64,000 nt of DNA. Origin: Diplonema japonicum. Lineage: Eukaryota; Protista; Euglenozoa: Diplonemea. The first letter of the stretch is position 1; every line of letters starts with the position of its first letter. Positions 1 through 11,158 of this stretch are shown in pieces. The position numbers were made by a program, and so were the translations under genes. The stretch covers positions 248,001-312,000 of the forward strand of contig OZ025686.1 of the NCBI GenBank assembly GCA_964019335.1. Direction: 5' to 3'. Below the pieces are notes generated by a model. That model saw only the letters and a program-made list of their open reading frames with translations. It searched no databases and was not told where the DNA came from.

Positions 1-526
1 CAGTGCTGTACGATTTAATCGACATTGCGTCGCCGCCCGTGTACAACACAGCAGCTTCTGTTATAATAACATTGTTTGAGTAAGAGGTTTGAATGGTGTA
101 CTCTGATTCGCAGGTATTGATGTTGACACAGAAGACGGCCTTACCTGCCGTGGCGTAGGCCAGCCCGTCCCATGTTGCGATGGATTTAATACCGGAATCG
201 CATAGATGGAGGGATTTTATCAGAGTGTTGTCATGTCCCCATATTTTTAAATTCCCGTTGGTGTCGCCTGTTAGGATTCTCCCGCCGAAATGTGCCACGC
301 ATAAGGCCGCTGAGCCGCATCTTAGTGTGCCTGTGACCCGGCCTTGTTTTCCAGATAGGATTACTCCGTTGCCGTCGTAGCCGGAGGCGAAAAGGTTGTT
401 CCCCGAGACCGCCAGTCCTGTGATCCAGTCCGACGTGCACTTCACCTCGTCGCTGAGGGTGCCTATTGTGTGCTTTGTTGTGTCTTCTGCCAGACTTTCC
501 GTGCTCGATGAGTAGGAGAGCGGCAT
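1..526 (-). CDS. WD40-repeat protein, 3'-partial (runs off the window)
   Basis: Not in the ORF track because no stop lies in the window. ATG at 526 follows a poly(A) run and the frame is open to the edge: MPLSYSSSTESL...WITGLAVSGNNLFASGYDG...ILTGDTNGNLKIWG...VLYTGGDAMSIKSY, typical WD40 blades. Confidence 0.8.
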   Translation of the reverse strand, partial: MPLSYSSSTESLAEDTTKHTIGTLSDEVKCTSDWITGLAVSGNNLFASGYDGNGVILSGKQGRVTGTLRCGSAALCVAHFGGRILTGDTNGNLKIWGHDNTLIKSLHLCDSGIKSIATWDGLAYATAGKAVFCVNINTCESEYTIQTSYSNNVIITEAAVLYTGGDAMSIKSYST

Positions 527-619
527 TTTTTTTTTTTTTTTTTTTGGATACTCTCAACACACCCCCTCCTCCCCCCCCTCTCCTTGATTTATTGAGATTT
601 TTTTTTTTTGAGGGGTTTG

Positions 620-662
<43 letters not shown>

Positions 663-921
663 AAAAAAAAATATTTCAACAAAAAAAAAAACTGGAGGGT
701 AATAATATGGGGGAAAGGAAGGGAAGGCTTTTTTTTTTTTTTTTAAAGTTCTTTTTAATAGAATTCTTCAACTTTTTTTTCTCTATTACGTTAATTCTAG
801 GGGGAGGGGGGGGAGGAGGAGGAGGGAGCAAAACAGACGTGTTTATTATAATATTGCCCTTGCTAATTCACCCCTGTGGTGTATTGTGTTGTTGTTGTTG
901 TTGTTGATGTGTTCCTTCGTC

Positions 922-2208
922 TCATGGATCAGAGGAGTCTTTTGAGATTGTAGACAAACAGCTTGACTTACTGACGTCGCCTTCAGGGAAGCGAGGCTTC
1001 TTCATCCAAGCGTGTTTGTGCAGAATGGTCCAGTAAGGGAAGAGCAGTCTAAGGGCCGAGAGTGTGTGCAAGAGGGAGGTGTTCTGCATCACGAGCCTCC
1101 TACTATCGTGGCCGGCTTCTTCTCGGAGTTCAGAGGCGATCTTTGGTCGGAGCTTTTTCTCGATTTCGGTTTTGAGGGCCTCCTTTATCTCGGGTGTGAA
1201 AAGCTCAATTTCTTTTTCGATCTTGGCCCGGAGGTCTGCTTCTATCTCGTTTTCCACGACAGGGCGCAATGAACGTTTTACCTCTTTTTCGATTTTTGCC
1301 CGCATTGATTTCTTCTCCTTCTGGAGGGACTCGATTTCTCCCTCCATCGCCTCCACCGTTTCCTCCAGCCCCTTGACCTCTATGACCATTGCTTGTCGTA
1401 TGGTGTCAGCACTTTTAGTTTCGAGATCCTGACTTAGTGCTGTGTTTGCCTCTTCAAGTTCTTTTTTTACTGTGAGTGCTTCTTTAAGCTCTTGTTTGAG
1501 CTTTTCGACTTCCCCTTGTTTCGATTTTGCCTTTTCGAGTTCTTTTTCTAACTTTTTTATAGTTTTTTGTTCGTTCTTCCTTGCAGAGCCCGCATCTTCA
1601 AGCTCCAGTTTGAGCCTTTCGACTTCCCCTTGTTCGTTTTTCCGTGCAGAAGTGGATTCCTCACGTTTCGTTGCAGCCTCTTCAAGTTGTCTTTTTAGCT
1701 GTTCTATTTCCTCCTGTTCGGTGTCCCTTGTCGTCAGCTCTTTCTGTAGATCTTGGATGACGCATTGGTACTTAGGGAGTTCCTCTTCCAAGATGCTTTG
1801 TCTTGCTGTGTTGTAAAGTTCCGCCTTCGCGCTGTCCAGCAGGTTATCGGTGGATGCGTTCAGGGACTGTGGTGGCAGTGCCTCTGCCTGGTCGAGCTTT
1901 GTTCGCAGGTAGGTGCTGAACCTGGCTTCCCGGACACTTCTTTGAAACATCATCCACCTGAAGTAATAGCCAAAAAGGATTTTCCGCCGGGTGCTCCTCT
2001 GCAGCCCCACACACTTTGCGCGTTCTACCCCTGCGATGGACCACCTGCCCCTCTCTTCACGTCCGTAGCGCGTCCCTCCGTGCAAAGAACTCCGGAGGTT
2101 AGGTGTCATTGGCAACATAGTAGGGACAGGAACCCCACGGGTAGGCACCGACACAGAAGCAGTGAAGTGGCTTCTATTCGCGTGGGATATGGTGGCAGGT
2201 GCTGACAT
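922..2208 (-). CDS. Coiled-coil protein of unknown function (possibly exon 2 of the HEI10-like gene)
   Basis: E/K-rich heptad ORF. The track's first 64 codons are homopolymer spacer; the first plausible ATG is at 2208 (MSAPATISH). Confidence 0.7.
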   Translation of the reverse strand: MSAPATISHANRSHFTASVSVPTRGVPVPTMLPMTPNLRSSLHGGTRYGREERGRWSIAGVERAKCVGLQRSTRRKILFGYYFRWMMFQRSVREARFSTYLRTKLDQAEALPPQSLNASTDNLLDSAKAELYNTARQSILEEELPKYQCVIQDLQKELTTRDTEQEEIEQLKRQLEEAATKREESTSARKNEQGEVERLKLELEDAGSARKNEQKTIKKLEKELEKAKSKQGEVEKLKQELKEALTVKKELEEANTALSQDLETKSADTIRQAMVIEVKGLEETVEAMEGEIESLQKEKKSMRAKIEKEVKRSLRPVVENEIEADLRAKIEKEIELFTPEIKEALKTEIEKKLRPKIASELREEAGHDSRRLVMQNTSLLHTLSALRLLFPYWTILHKHAWMKKPRFPEGDVSKSSCLSTISKDSSDP

Positions 2209-2381
2209 ATAACACCCTCGCCCCTGCCTTTGATAATAATAAATAATAAAAAAAGTTGGGACGGGGGGGGGGGGGGGAAAGGTACTAAAGATAGTTATGA
2301 GAGATTTTTTTTGGGGGGGTTTTTTTTTAGAAAAAAAAATCATGGGAAAAAAAAAGGGTTTTTTTCTTTTTTTTTTTTTTT

Positions 2382-2933
2382 TCACCTTCCCATCATCCAT
2401 GAGTTGGCCTCTGAAACTGCGTCCAGGCGGAAAGGGGGTTCGATGGACGTGAACGAAAGATCTGCCGGCGGGGGTGTTGGATCACAAAGGTTTGCAATAG
2501 GGGTACCGCCGCCTGCGGTGTAGGTGCCTATGCAGGCTTCAAGGGTGCGGATTTTGTCCTCACGAAGCTGTATTTCGTGGTGGTGGTTTTTGGTTTTTTC
2601 TTGGAGGCTTTTTTGGGATTTTTCTAGGTTGGATGCCCGAGCCTCCCATGCCTTTATCTCGATTGTTTTCTGCTTCTCGTAAAAGTCCAACCCGTACTTG
2701 CATATCAAAAGAATGACGTCCGGGGCAAGGCCTGCGAGGCACAGTTTCATCTTCTTCTCGCAGATTCTCCGTTTTACCCTTTTCAGCTCCTCCCCCGCCA
2801 GAGATTTTCCACATTTACACTTGCCCCCGCATAAAGCGTCCTCGGCACACCTAACACAGTACAGGTGCATGCACACAGTCACCACAACTTCTTCATGGCC
2901 ATCTACAGACTGATGGCACATGTTGCACAACAT
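2382..2933 (-). CDS. HEI10: HEI10/CCNB1IP1-like meiotic RING E3 ligase
   Basis: N-terminal RING (CNMC...VTVCMHLYCVRC...CKCG) followed by LAGLAPDVILLICKYGLDFYEKQ, which matches the HEI10 signature LAGLxPExIxxIxxxALxFWxYQ, then a coiled coil. ATG at 2933. Confidence 0.75.
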   Translation of the reverse strand: MLCNMCHQSVDGHEEVVVTVCMHLYCVRCAEDALCGGKCKCGKSLAGEELKRVKRRICEKKMKLCLAGLAPDVILLICKYGLDFYEKQKTIEIKAWEARASNLEKSQKSLQEKTKNHHHEIQLREDKIRTLEACIGTYTAGGGTPIANLCDPTPPPADLSFTSIEPPFRLDAVSEANSWMMGR

Positions 2934-3266
2934 TGTTGTGTTGCACACCCCTTCCCCCTTTGCGTCACCCCTCCCCCCCTTTTTTTCCCCCCCCCCTCCT
3001 TCTTTCTGGGTGATCTCAATGAGCGGGGGGGGGGGGGGGAAGGAGAAAAAAAAAAGAACTAATCAAACTAAAAATACAAAGAAAGTGCGGGGTTAGGACC
3101 ATACTTTACACAATCAATTTCCTTTTTTTTTTTTTTTGCCCAGAAAAAAAAAAAGGACACTTCTTTCCAGTCATACAACAACGGAAAAAAAAAAAAGAAA
3201 AAAAAAAAGGCAAGACATTTTTTTTGGGGGGGGTAATCAGAAAACCGGTTTTGGCAGCGCGGTTAT

Positions 3267-3919
3267 TCATTCACTTTTGTGCCCGTTTGATGGTGACTCG
3301 GGGGTGGTGTTGTAAAACGGGTTCTCAAGGAAGCTCTTCAAAGCGAAGACGAAAACAAGGAGGCAATAGCAACCTGCGGCAATTGCGATGAAGTTCGCAT
3401 TCGCGTTCGAGCGGGTGGAGGACTCCAGCCGTTGTGAGCAGCTCCTGGTGAGGCTCAGGTTCTTCACCTTTGTCGACTGATCCACACCACGAATCAGGTC
3501 AAAAACCTCTGAAACTGCCTTAGAAATGGGATGTGCGTCTCTTATGGTATAGATGCAAGACTGCCTTTTTTCCGCAGCCAAAGTTGCACCTTCGCAAACT
3601 GCTGTCTCTGCTCTTTCTAATATGCTCCCGTCATAATCAGCAGGGTCGAGTCCGGATTTCACTGAAGCGAGATCTTCCTTGTACTTTTCTACTACGGCCT
3701 TGACTTTGTGTTCGATGCAGGTGTTGTATTTTGTCCGTGACATGGGCACATCCATCACCAACAGCGCCACCCCCAGTAGGATAGCCATCTTGAAGCTTTT
3801 TTTAAGCATCGTGTCGCACATCAGCAGCGCCAGTGCCGCCCATATTCCGATTAGGAAAACCGTCAGCCCAGCCCATAACTTTTTTTTTTTTTTTTTTTTC
3901 CCCCATCGCATACCCCCAT
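3267..3919 (-). CDS. Multi-pass membrane protein, unknown function; 5' end uncertain
   Basis: Phase-0 intron 3879-3913 (GTATGC...poly(A)AG) joins ...RMG to LWAGLTVFLIG. N-terminal hydrophobic segments, a Cys-containing loop and a C-terminal TM helix. The upstream frame stays open and hydrophobic to ~3994. Confidence 0.55.
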
Positions 3920-4202
3920 TCTCAAACCGTAGTTCCCCCAGATCACCACAACCGGTACCACGAAGAGTGCTGATAGAGCACTGATTGCAATGTCCTTTTT
4001 TTTTTTTTTTTCGTTTTGTTGTTTTTTTTGTTGGGGGGGGTTTTTTTTTCCCGAAAAATAAAATTGTTTTTTTGGATCCAAAAAAAAAAATCGTTTTTTT
4101 TCCCCCCCCCGCAAGGCATGGATATACAAAAGGGAAAAAAAAAAAAAAAAGAAGAAGAAGAACAAAAAAGAGAATGGAAAAAAAGAAAAAACTTTTTTTT
4201 TT

Positions 4203-4838
4203 TTACTCTTTGACAAATGTACGTGACGGCACGGCGCCTCGATCGGGGTTCACAATGTGTTGCATTTCAGGGTCGCTGGAGAGCTCTTCAAAAGCTGTTT
4301 TTGGGCTTTTGCCTGCAAGCTCTTCAAAATAAAAGCGGAGCTCCCACACTGCCTGAGCAAGTTGTTCCTCTCCTTGCTTGGCTCCCTCGGACACACGGAG
4401 CCAGAATTTCAAAACTTCTAACAGTTCGTCAAGCTCCTCGTCGATGAAGCCCTGCCTGGGATCCTTCCACACAGAGATGTCGGAAATAAGATCTTTCGCC
4501 TCCTTGATAACTGATTTAACCATCATTTGCTTTCTCATCCACAATTCCATATCTATGACTTCTTTCGTCATTTTTTGTATGGCATCTTCTGAGAGGCCGG
4601 CCTCAGCTTTCAAGCGAATTTGCTTGTCGTGGATTTTTTCGGTTTTGTACTTCTGCCGGTATTCCCAGGCCGTCTTTATACGGTGAGCTACCAGTTGCAA
4701 CCCTGTCAAGGATTTTTCGTATTGAGGACTGTTTTTGTCGAAGATAAAGGCGTCCTCTGACGTGTCCTCCCCTGAGCGAATCGCCTTGAGCTGCTTCGAT
4801 CTGACAGCGGCTCCGAGAGATACAACCGTACCTTTTTT

Positions 4839-4870
<32 letters not shown>

Positions 4871-6229
4871 CAAAATACCTGGAGTAACAACCTCGGAAAA
4901 CAACGGTTTTCTCTTGAAAATATTTTCAACCAGTTTTAAAATGGCCGGCGTTCTGGTCATCTCTCCTACGAGAAGAATGTCCGTCATCCCGCTTGGGTCG
5001 ACGCTCTTTTCAGACAGGATCTGCATCGTGCATGTTTTAATCTTCTCGAGCAGCGGCGAAATCAACTCTTCGTACTCAAACCGAGTCACCTCCACGGGTA
5101 TCCGTTTGAGCTTCAAAGGCGTTACGTAAACGGGCACCGTCCCAGTGTATTCTTCGTGCGAATCAAGCGCGATTTTCGCGTTCAAAGCGTGGACTTTCAA
5201 GGCTGGTTCGTACGATGCCGTCAGGTTCTCGTCCCATGAGTGTGCGTCGAGGTCATTTTTCCAGTAGTCGAGGAGATAAGTGTCGAAATCATCACCGCCG
5301 AGTTGGTCGTCGCCGCCGGATGCGATAATTCTTGAACCGTTCGTAGTGTGGTCTATTGATAACACTGCCAGGTCGAACGTTCCCCCGCCAAGGTCGAAAA
5401 CGGCTATTTTCGATTCTTTTTTTTTGGATTCGGTATAATTGACACCGCCGACCAACTCGGAGTAGGCGAGGGCGGCAGCTGACGGTTCGTCGATAATTTC
5501 CTCAACATCCAAACCAGCGATGATAGCGGCGTCCTCCGTGGCTTTTCGTTGCGCAGCGTTGAAGTGCGCCGGGACTGATATAGTTGCAGAATCAACATTC
5601 ATTGACAATGCGTTCTCAGAAGCTGTTTTCAGGTACCTTAAAAACATCGCTATAATGTGAACCACGGGGTACTCATCGATTCGTGTCCCACCTTGCCCAT
5701 TGTTTTTTGTCATCCTCACGGCTATCCCGTAGTCCGATTGATACAGTTCCAACGAGTCTTGATACACCTCAAGAGGAACGTTCTTGTCGTAAATCTGTTT
5801 CCCCAACAATCGTTTTCCAGAGCACATCGTCATATCAGCGGTCATTTTCATCATTTCAAATGCTTGATGGCCGAAATATCGTTTCTCGTCGTTGCAAAGG
5901 CCTATGACCGTGGGGGTTGTTTTTTTCCCTTCAATGGGGACGATTAAGGGAGCGCCGGATTGAGGGTCTATATACGACACGCAACTATTTGTCGTGCCTA
6001 GGTCGATGCCTATGGAGGTGCTTTTCGTGTACCTGTTGCCAACGTAGTCATATTCGGGTACTTTGAACACTCCAAAATGTGAGGATTTCGGCGGGCCGTC
6101 CGATGCCGTCTCGTCGCCCCAAAGCCCCCTCCCGAGGGATTCATCTTCTTCTGAAGGCATGCCTCTCCTCTCTACGCTGAATCTTTTCTGACCTCTCAGG
6201 GTTGTTAGCAATAATTTTCGGGTTTTCAT
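4203..6229 (-). CDS. Atypical, probably mitochondrial Hsp70 (NBD plus novel helical C-terminus), 659 aa
   Basis: Motifs GIDLGTTNSC, VPAHFNAAQRKAT, DEPSAAALAY, FDLGGGTFD, LGGDDFD. Phase-1 intron 4832-4878 restores TPGTVVSLGAAV (canonical NPDEAVALGAA) and joins the 4203-4709 ORF. Arg/Lys/Leu-rich N-terminus MKTRKLLLTTLRGQKRFS. Confidence 0.85.
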
Positions 6230-6244
6230 TTTTTTTTTTCCCTC

Positions 6245-6280
<36 letters not shown>

Positions 6281-6765
6281 CGGGGGAAAAAAAAAAGTGA
6301 GAAATTGAATTTTTTTTGTTCTTGAATTTTTTTTTGTAAAAAAAAAAAAAAGGAGGGGGAGGGGACAAACCATGAATGATCTTCTTGAGTCAATCCTCTT
6401 CTTAAGCGAAGCGCATGTTACTAGCATAAATAACGCTGAGACCAGGCATGTTAAATAGTAAAGCATTTTTTTTTGTTTTTTTTCCTACCCTCCCCCCGCT
6501 CTCTTTTTTTTTTAAAGTGGATGGAGAGGTATTAAAAAAAAATTTTTTTTTTTCAAAGCCAACGATGTGGCAGCGGTAGTGATCTCACGTTCGTGCTTAG
6601 CTGCGCTAAAAAGATTCACCTTTCTTTGTGTTTTTTTTTTTTTTTTTTCCGGGGACCCGCTTGCTCCTCACCTTCTTGTAGATGTCAAAGGAGGAGAAAA
6701 AAAGGAAAAAAAAAGGAACAACAACAAGAGGGACCATGAAGAGTTGTTTGATTCTCGAGTCAAAC

Positions 6766-6796
<31 letters not shown>

Positions 6797-8416
6797 AGGA
6801 GAGGGGGAAGGAAGAAGGGAAGAAGGAAGAGAATTACAAAGGGGGAAGAATCGCCTTTTTTTTGTTTTCTTTTTTTGTTTTCTTTCTTTTTTTTTCTTTC
6901 CCTTCCCCCTTCCTTTCATTCTTTTACTTCCCTTGGACGTACTCTTAGGATAAAATAACATAAAAAAAAAGAAAGAAAAAAAAGAAAAAAAAGCACATGA
7001 TTGCGTGAGGCTGTTTCTTTTTTCTTTTTTCTTTTTTCTTTTTTTCAAAATTCCCTCTATAGCCCCCTTAGAGCAAGTCCAGGATTGGCCAAATAAGGGG
7101 CGGAAGGGAGAAATAAAAAAACGAAATAAAAAAAAAAAACGTTAATTGTTTTCTTCTCGTTCCCCCCCCCCCCCCCCTTCCCCCCTTTTGCTTGGGTCAG
7201 ACAGATTCCCTACAGATTTCCTAATCCGTCTTCCAGAGAAATCTCTTTTTTTTTTTCGCCCTTCTTCTTCTCCTCTTTCTTTCCTTTCTTGTCTGATAAA
7301 AAGAAAACCTCTAGTTTATTTCAAGTGCAAGTAAAAAAAAGGGGGAGGGGGCAAGAGAGAGAAAAGCGGGGATTCAAAAAAAAATTCCCACCTCCAGAGA
7401 GTTTTTTTTTTCTTGTTTTTTTTTTTGCCCCCCCTATGTACTATCATCGTCTCTCCATTGCCCGCAAAGAGTGATGTGTTTTGGGAGATAAAAAAAAGAA
7501 AAAGAGAAAAAAAAAAAAAAAGAGTCGGTTTTTAGCATTTGTTCGTGGACAGTATAAACCCGAGGATAAATAAAAAAAAGAGACATTTAAGGGTACCTGC
7601 GGTATGTGGCAGGACGCCTAAATAGATAGTCTCGATTTTAGTGGTGCCACGTGGTGTGTGACACAGCGACCACCAAAAACACATAAATACTGCATGCTGC
7701 CAACTACTCTTTCTGCTGAAAAAAAAAAAAGATTTAAAGCGTGAAGTGTTTTTGGAAGAAAAGAAAAGAAAAGGAAAGCACGTAAGCCTCTTTTTTTTTT
7801 TTTAAAAAAAAAAAGAACCCCCTCCTATCATAAGAGACAAAAAATAGGTAAAAGGAAGCTCTCTTTTTAAACAGATAAAAAAGAGATTTATAAAAAAAAA
7901 GTACTTCTTTGAAAGAAGAATATCGAAACCGAATAAAAATTGGAGGGTGGGGGGGGGGGGGGGGGGGATCTTCCTTTTTGTTTTACTCCTCATTCTTTTT
8001 TTAAATACTTCTTTGAATCACAAGCACTTCTATCAGCAGTGCACTGATTCAGTAAAACAGTAGGTCCCGGGAACGAATTCTTTTGTTTTTTCCCCCCCCC
8101 CAAATCTTTATAGCTTATTATTATGGGGTAATAAAAAAAAATGAGGAGAGTAAAACAAAAAAAAAACGATTCTTCTTCTTCTTCTTCTTCTTCTTCTTTT
8201 TTTTTTCTTTTTCTGATATCCCCTCTTCCCCCCCCCCCCCCCCCCGCCACACAAGAAGCACATGGAACGCCTTAATTAAAAGGGCATTTTCTTTTTTTTT
8301 TTTTTTTTTCCTCCGTCGATTTTATATCTTAAAAAAAAGGCCTCGGCAGCGACCTGTCGGAAGGCAAATTCGCCAACAATGTCAACATAAAGAGAAAGTT
8401 AATTTCTGTGTGCGGG

Positions 8417-9655
8417 TTACAACCGGTAAAGAGGCTCTCCTTTTTCATTATACGAAGCCTGAAGCTCAAACGGGAGGGGTGACAGGAGAGGCCGGTTAAA
8501 CGCAGAACGGCCAAGCAGGAGAAACGAATCCTGCTGCCTACCCCGTGTAGGGCTGAGAGAGGTATTGATGTCGTGGGCTTCCAGAAACTTGGTAGAAACG
8601 GAGCCTTTTTGAACAAGTTTTTGAAGCACCCAAAATCTATTCAGCTCAAAAACATCCCATATCGCCCCGAGACACGCTGCGGAAAGCCCCAGACCAGGAA
8701 TAATAAAGACAAAGGAAAGCGCGCGAGATAATTTCAACGAGGGTGTGAAATCACCGAAACCGATTGTAGACATGGTGACGACGCAGAACCACAGGGATTC
8801 TCGGTACTCCCAACCCTCTATGGCTGAGAAAGCAAACGCCCAAATAAACACCCAAACACCGGAAACTGCAAAAATCGCAATAATGAACCGATAAGATACC
8901 TTTCTGGGCAAACAGGATGACGTTTGCAGCCACAACAACATCGATCGACAGATCTCAGACACTGGTATCAATGTACTTTCGTCTTCCCCTTGACAAGCCT
9001 CGCTTTGAACGTACTTCATCACCTCTGAGTCCTTATCAATGGGGCATCCAAGCAACGCTTCAAGGAGTAGTGGTATGCAAGCTACCGACGAACCTGTTTT
9101 CTGACCAACGTGGACCTCCCAAGCTTGCGCCCATACTTCTCTGGGATCGGGTTTAACACCGATTATGTCGGTCGGACCGTCCTCGGGAGAGAATATTCTT
9201 TGAACAATCCCTTTCCCGATCCCAAGTAGAATCCCCGCACATGACCCTAATAGTTGTGCCACAACACCGATTCCCAGAATGGCGTATACAACAGTAAAGG
9301 ATCTTCCGTTGTAGGTAGACGGTGCTAAGGAGCCGTATCCGATTGTGGTGATGACCGTCATGGAGTAGAATATCGATCCTGAGAGGGTCCATTGTTTTTC
9401 GCGGTGCTCGTGGAGAACGAAGTTGCAGACGCCCAAGTCGTGGAGCCTTGTGATTTGTTCGGATGTCAGATTGACCTCGCGGAGGATTTCAGTGGTTTCC
9501 TGTCTCATTTTGTCCTCTCTGTCGCTCTCCAGGGCCTGCATCCCGAACCCTCCGATGACCAGGTAGATCGTTACGATTACCACGTTTACCGTAAACAGCA
9601 GTGCGCGGCGCTTCACACTTTTGTGCGTGTCTTGGTATGCGTAGTCCATCGGCAT
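8417..9655 (-). CDS. Two-pore-domain (K2P) potassium channel
   Basis: Four TM helices and two pore loops: WTLSGSIFYSMTVITTIGYG and ESLWFCVVTMSTIGFGDF. Confidence 0.9.
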   Translation of the reverse strand: MPMDYAYQDTHKSVKRRALLFTVNVVIVTIYLVIGGFGMQALESDREDKMRQETTEILREVNLTSEQITRLHDLGVCNFVLHEHREKQWTLSGSIFYSMTVITTIGYGSLAPSTYNGRSFTVVYAILGIGVVAQLLGSCAGILLGIGKGIVQRIFSPEDGPTDIIGVKPDPREVWAQAWEVHVGQKTGSSVACIPLLLEALLGCPIDKDSEVMKYVQSEACQGEDESTLIPVSEICRSMLLWLQTSSCLPRKVSYRFIIAIFAVSGVWVFIWAFAFSAIEGWEYRESLWFCVVTMSTIGFGDFTPSLKLSRALSFVFIIPGLGLSAACLGAIWDVFELNRFWVLQKLVQKGSVSTKFLEAHDINTSLSPTRGRQQDSFLLLGRSAFNRPLLSPLPFELQASYNEKGEPLYRL

Positions 9656-10003
9656 TTACCCCTCCTCCTCCTCCTCCTCCTCCTTTCGTTCGAATTTTTT
9701 TTCTCCGCGGAATAAAAGGTTTTTTTAAAGGGGGGGGGAATGGTGTAAATGAAGGGGGGAGGGGGATGAAGTAAAATAATGGCGGTGATTCTGTATTTTT
9801 TTTCTTTTAAAAAAAAGGCGATGTTTAAGGGCAAATTCCCACTTGAGGACCACCCTTTAAAAAGAAAAAAAAAAAAATATTCCAAACCAGATTTTTTATT
9901 CTAAACAAACATAAAAAAAGAAGAAAAAAAAAAAAACCGGACCATAAAAAAAGAGAAAAAAAAAAAAAAAGAAAACACGATTTTTTTTTTTTTTTTTTTC
10001 CCA

Positions 10004-10585
10004 CTACATCCCTTCATTTCCCCTGGGCACAACGATGGAAGCATCGAACTCAATGGTGAACAGCAGCATCGTGGGCGGAGTTCCAAAGTGTATCGAGTGG
10101 CGGTACGGTACACTGTGCACCGAGTGCTCCGCCATAGACTCCCGTTTATGCCTTTTCAGAACAGGGTGGAGAACTGACGAAGGGATCGGATTTGTCGATG
10201 ACGTGACTGGGATATCCTTCGCTGCGATCTTGTGGCATATCGATGCTGTCATGGGGGTCTGGTCCTCACCTACAGCCGACGCCGCCACATAGGCGGAGGG
10301 AATATCACCAGTTTCACCAAGTATCATGAAAAAGTACCCTGTCCTGAACTGATGCAGTTGCAGCCGGAAGGAGAAATCAGGTTCTCTCACCACATCGCTG
10401 ACCATAGCACAGGAGACGGTCTTCTGCCCCGGCCATTCTTCAACAAGCCATCTCCATTTTCCAGGTTCTTGTTGTACCACTTCTGGTACCTCGGCTCCGT
10501 CAAGCTCCTCTTCCCCGTGTAGAAGAACCCAACCCTTGTCTTTGTGGTTTTCTGGTTCGACATGCTTCGCAACTCGGCATCCCAT
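10004..10585 (-). CDS. Hypothetical protein with MGC dual-acylation N-terminus
   Basis: Clean 193-aa ORF free of homopolymers. MGCRVAK is a myristoylation/palmitoylation-type motif. Confidence 0.65.
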   Translation of the reverse strand: MGCRVAKHVEPENHKDKGWVLLHGEEELDGAEVPEVVQQEPGKWRWLVEEWPGQKTVSCAMVSDVVREPDFSFRLQLHQFRTGYFFMILGETGDIPSAYVAASAVGEDQTPMTASICHKIAAKDIPVTSSTNPIPSSVLHPVLKRHKRESMAEHSVHSVPYRHSIHFGTPPTMLLFTIEFDASIVVPRGNEGM

Positions 10586-10665
10586 CGTGTATCTGTTGCT
10601 CTTGAAGGGAGAGAGAGAGAGAGAGGGGGGGGAGGGGGAAAAAAAAAAGGAGGGGAAGAATAGTC

Positions 10666-11118
10666 TTACTTCACCTTTACAAACACCTTCTGTGTCACGC
10701 CGGGAGCGGACTCTTGTTGTTGTACATTCCCGGGGGTCGGGTTGACCCCGCTGCCGCTGCCACCACCACCGCTATTCCGAGCTTTATTAGCAGGGTCTAT
10801 TCTTGGGCGTTTCCGTCTTTAGTTAAGTTTTTTTTTTTTTTTTCGGAAGGGGGATACCTTCTTTCGTCGTCCCTCCTGTCTCCCTTGTTGGCTGTGCCTT
10901 GTGTTCCCTTCCCCTGGCCTCCTTTCCCCGTGCTGGTTCCCTTTCCGAAGAAATTCTGTTTTTTTTTTTAAATTGAAAATGGTTATGCGTTACCTGTTTT
11001 ATTTTTTTTTTTATATACCTGTGGATGATACCCACCCTTCCCGTCTCCTTTGTCGCCTGACGCTGCTTTGCCTCCAAGGAGGCTCTGTATAGGGGATTTT
11101 TTTTTTTAAAAAACAAGA

Positions 11119-11158
<40 letters not shown>

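Noticed and set aside
6550-6700. Exon-intron-exon-like pattern DIYKK|VNLFSAAKHERE
   Set aside because: Too short, with no supportable start or stop.
7590-7720. Homopolymer-free island as a possible snoRNA/ncRNA
   Set aside because: No C/D or H/ACA box arrangement or stable fold that I can support by eye; would need an Rfam/Infernal search.
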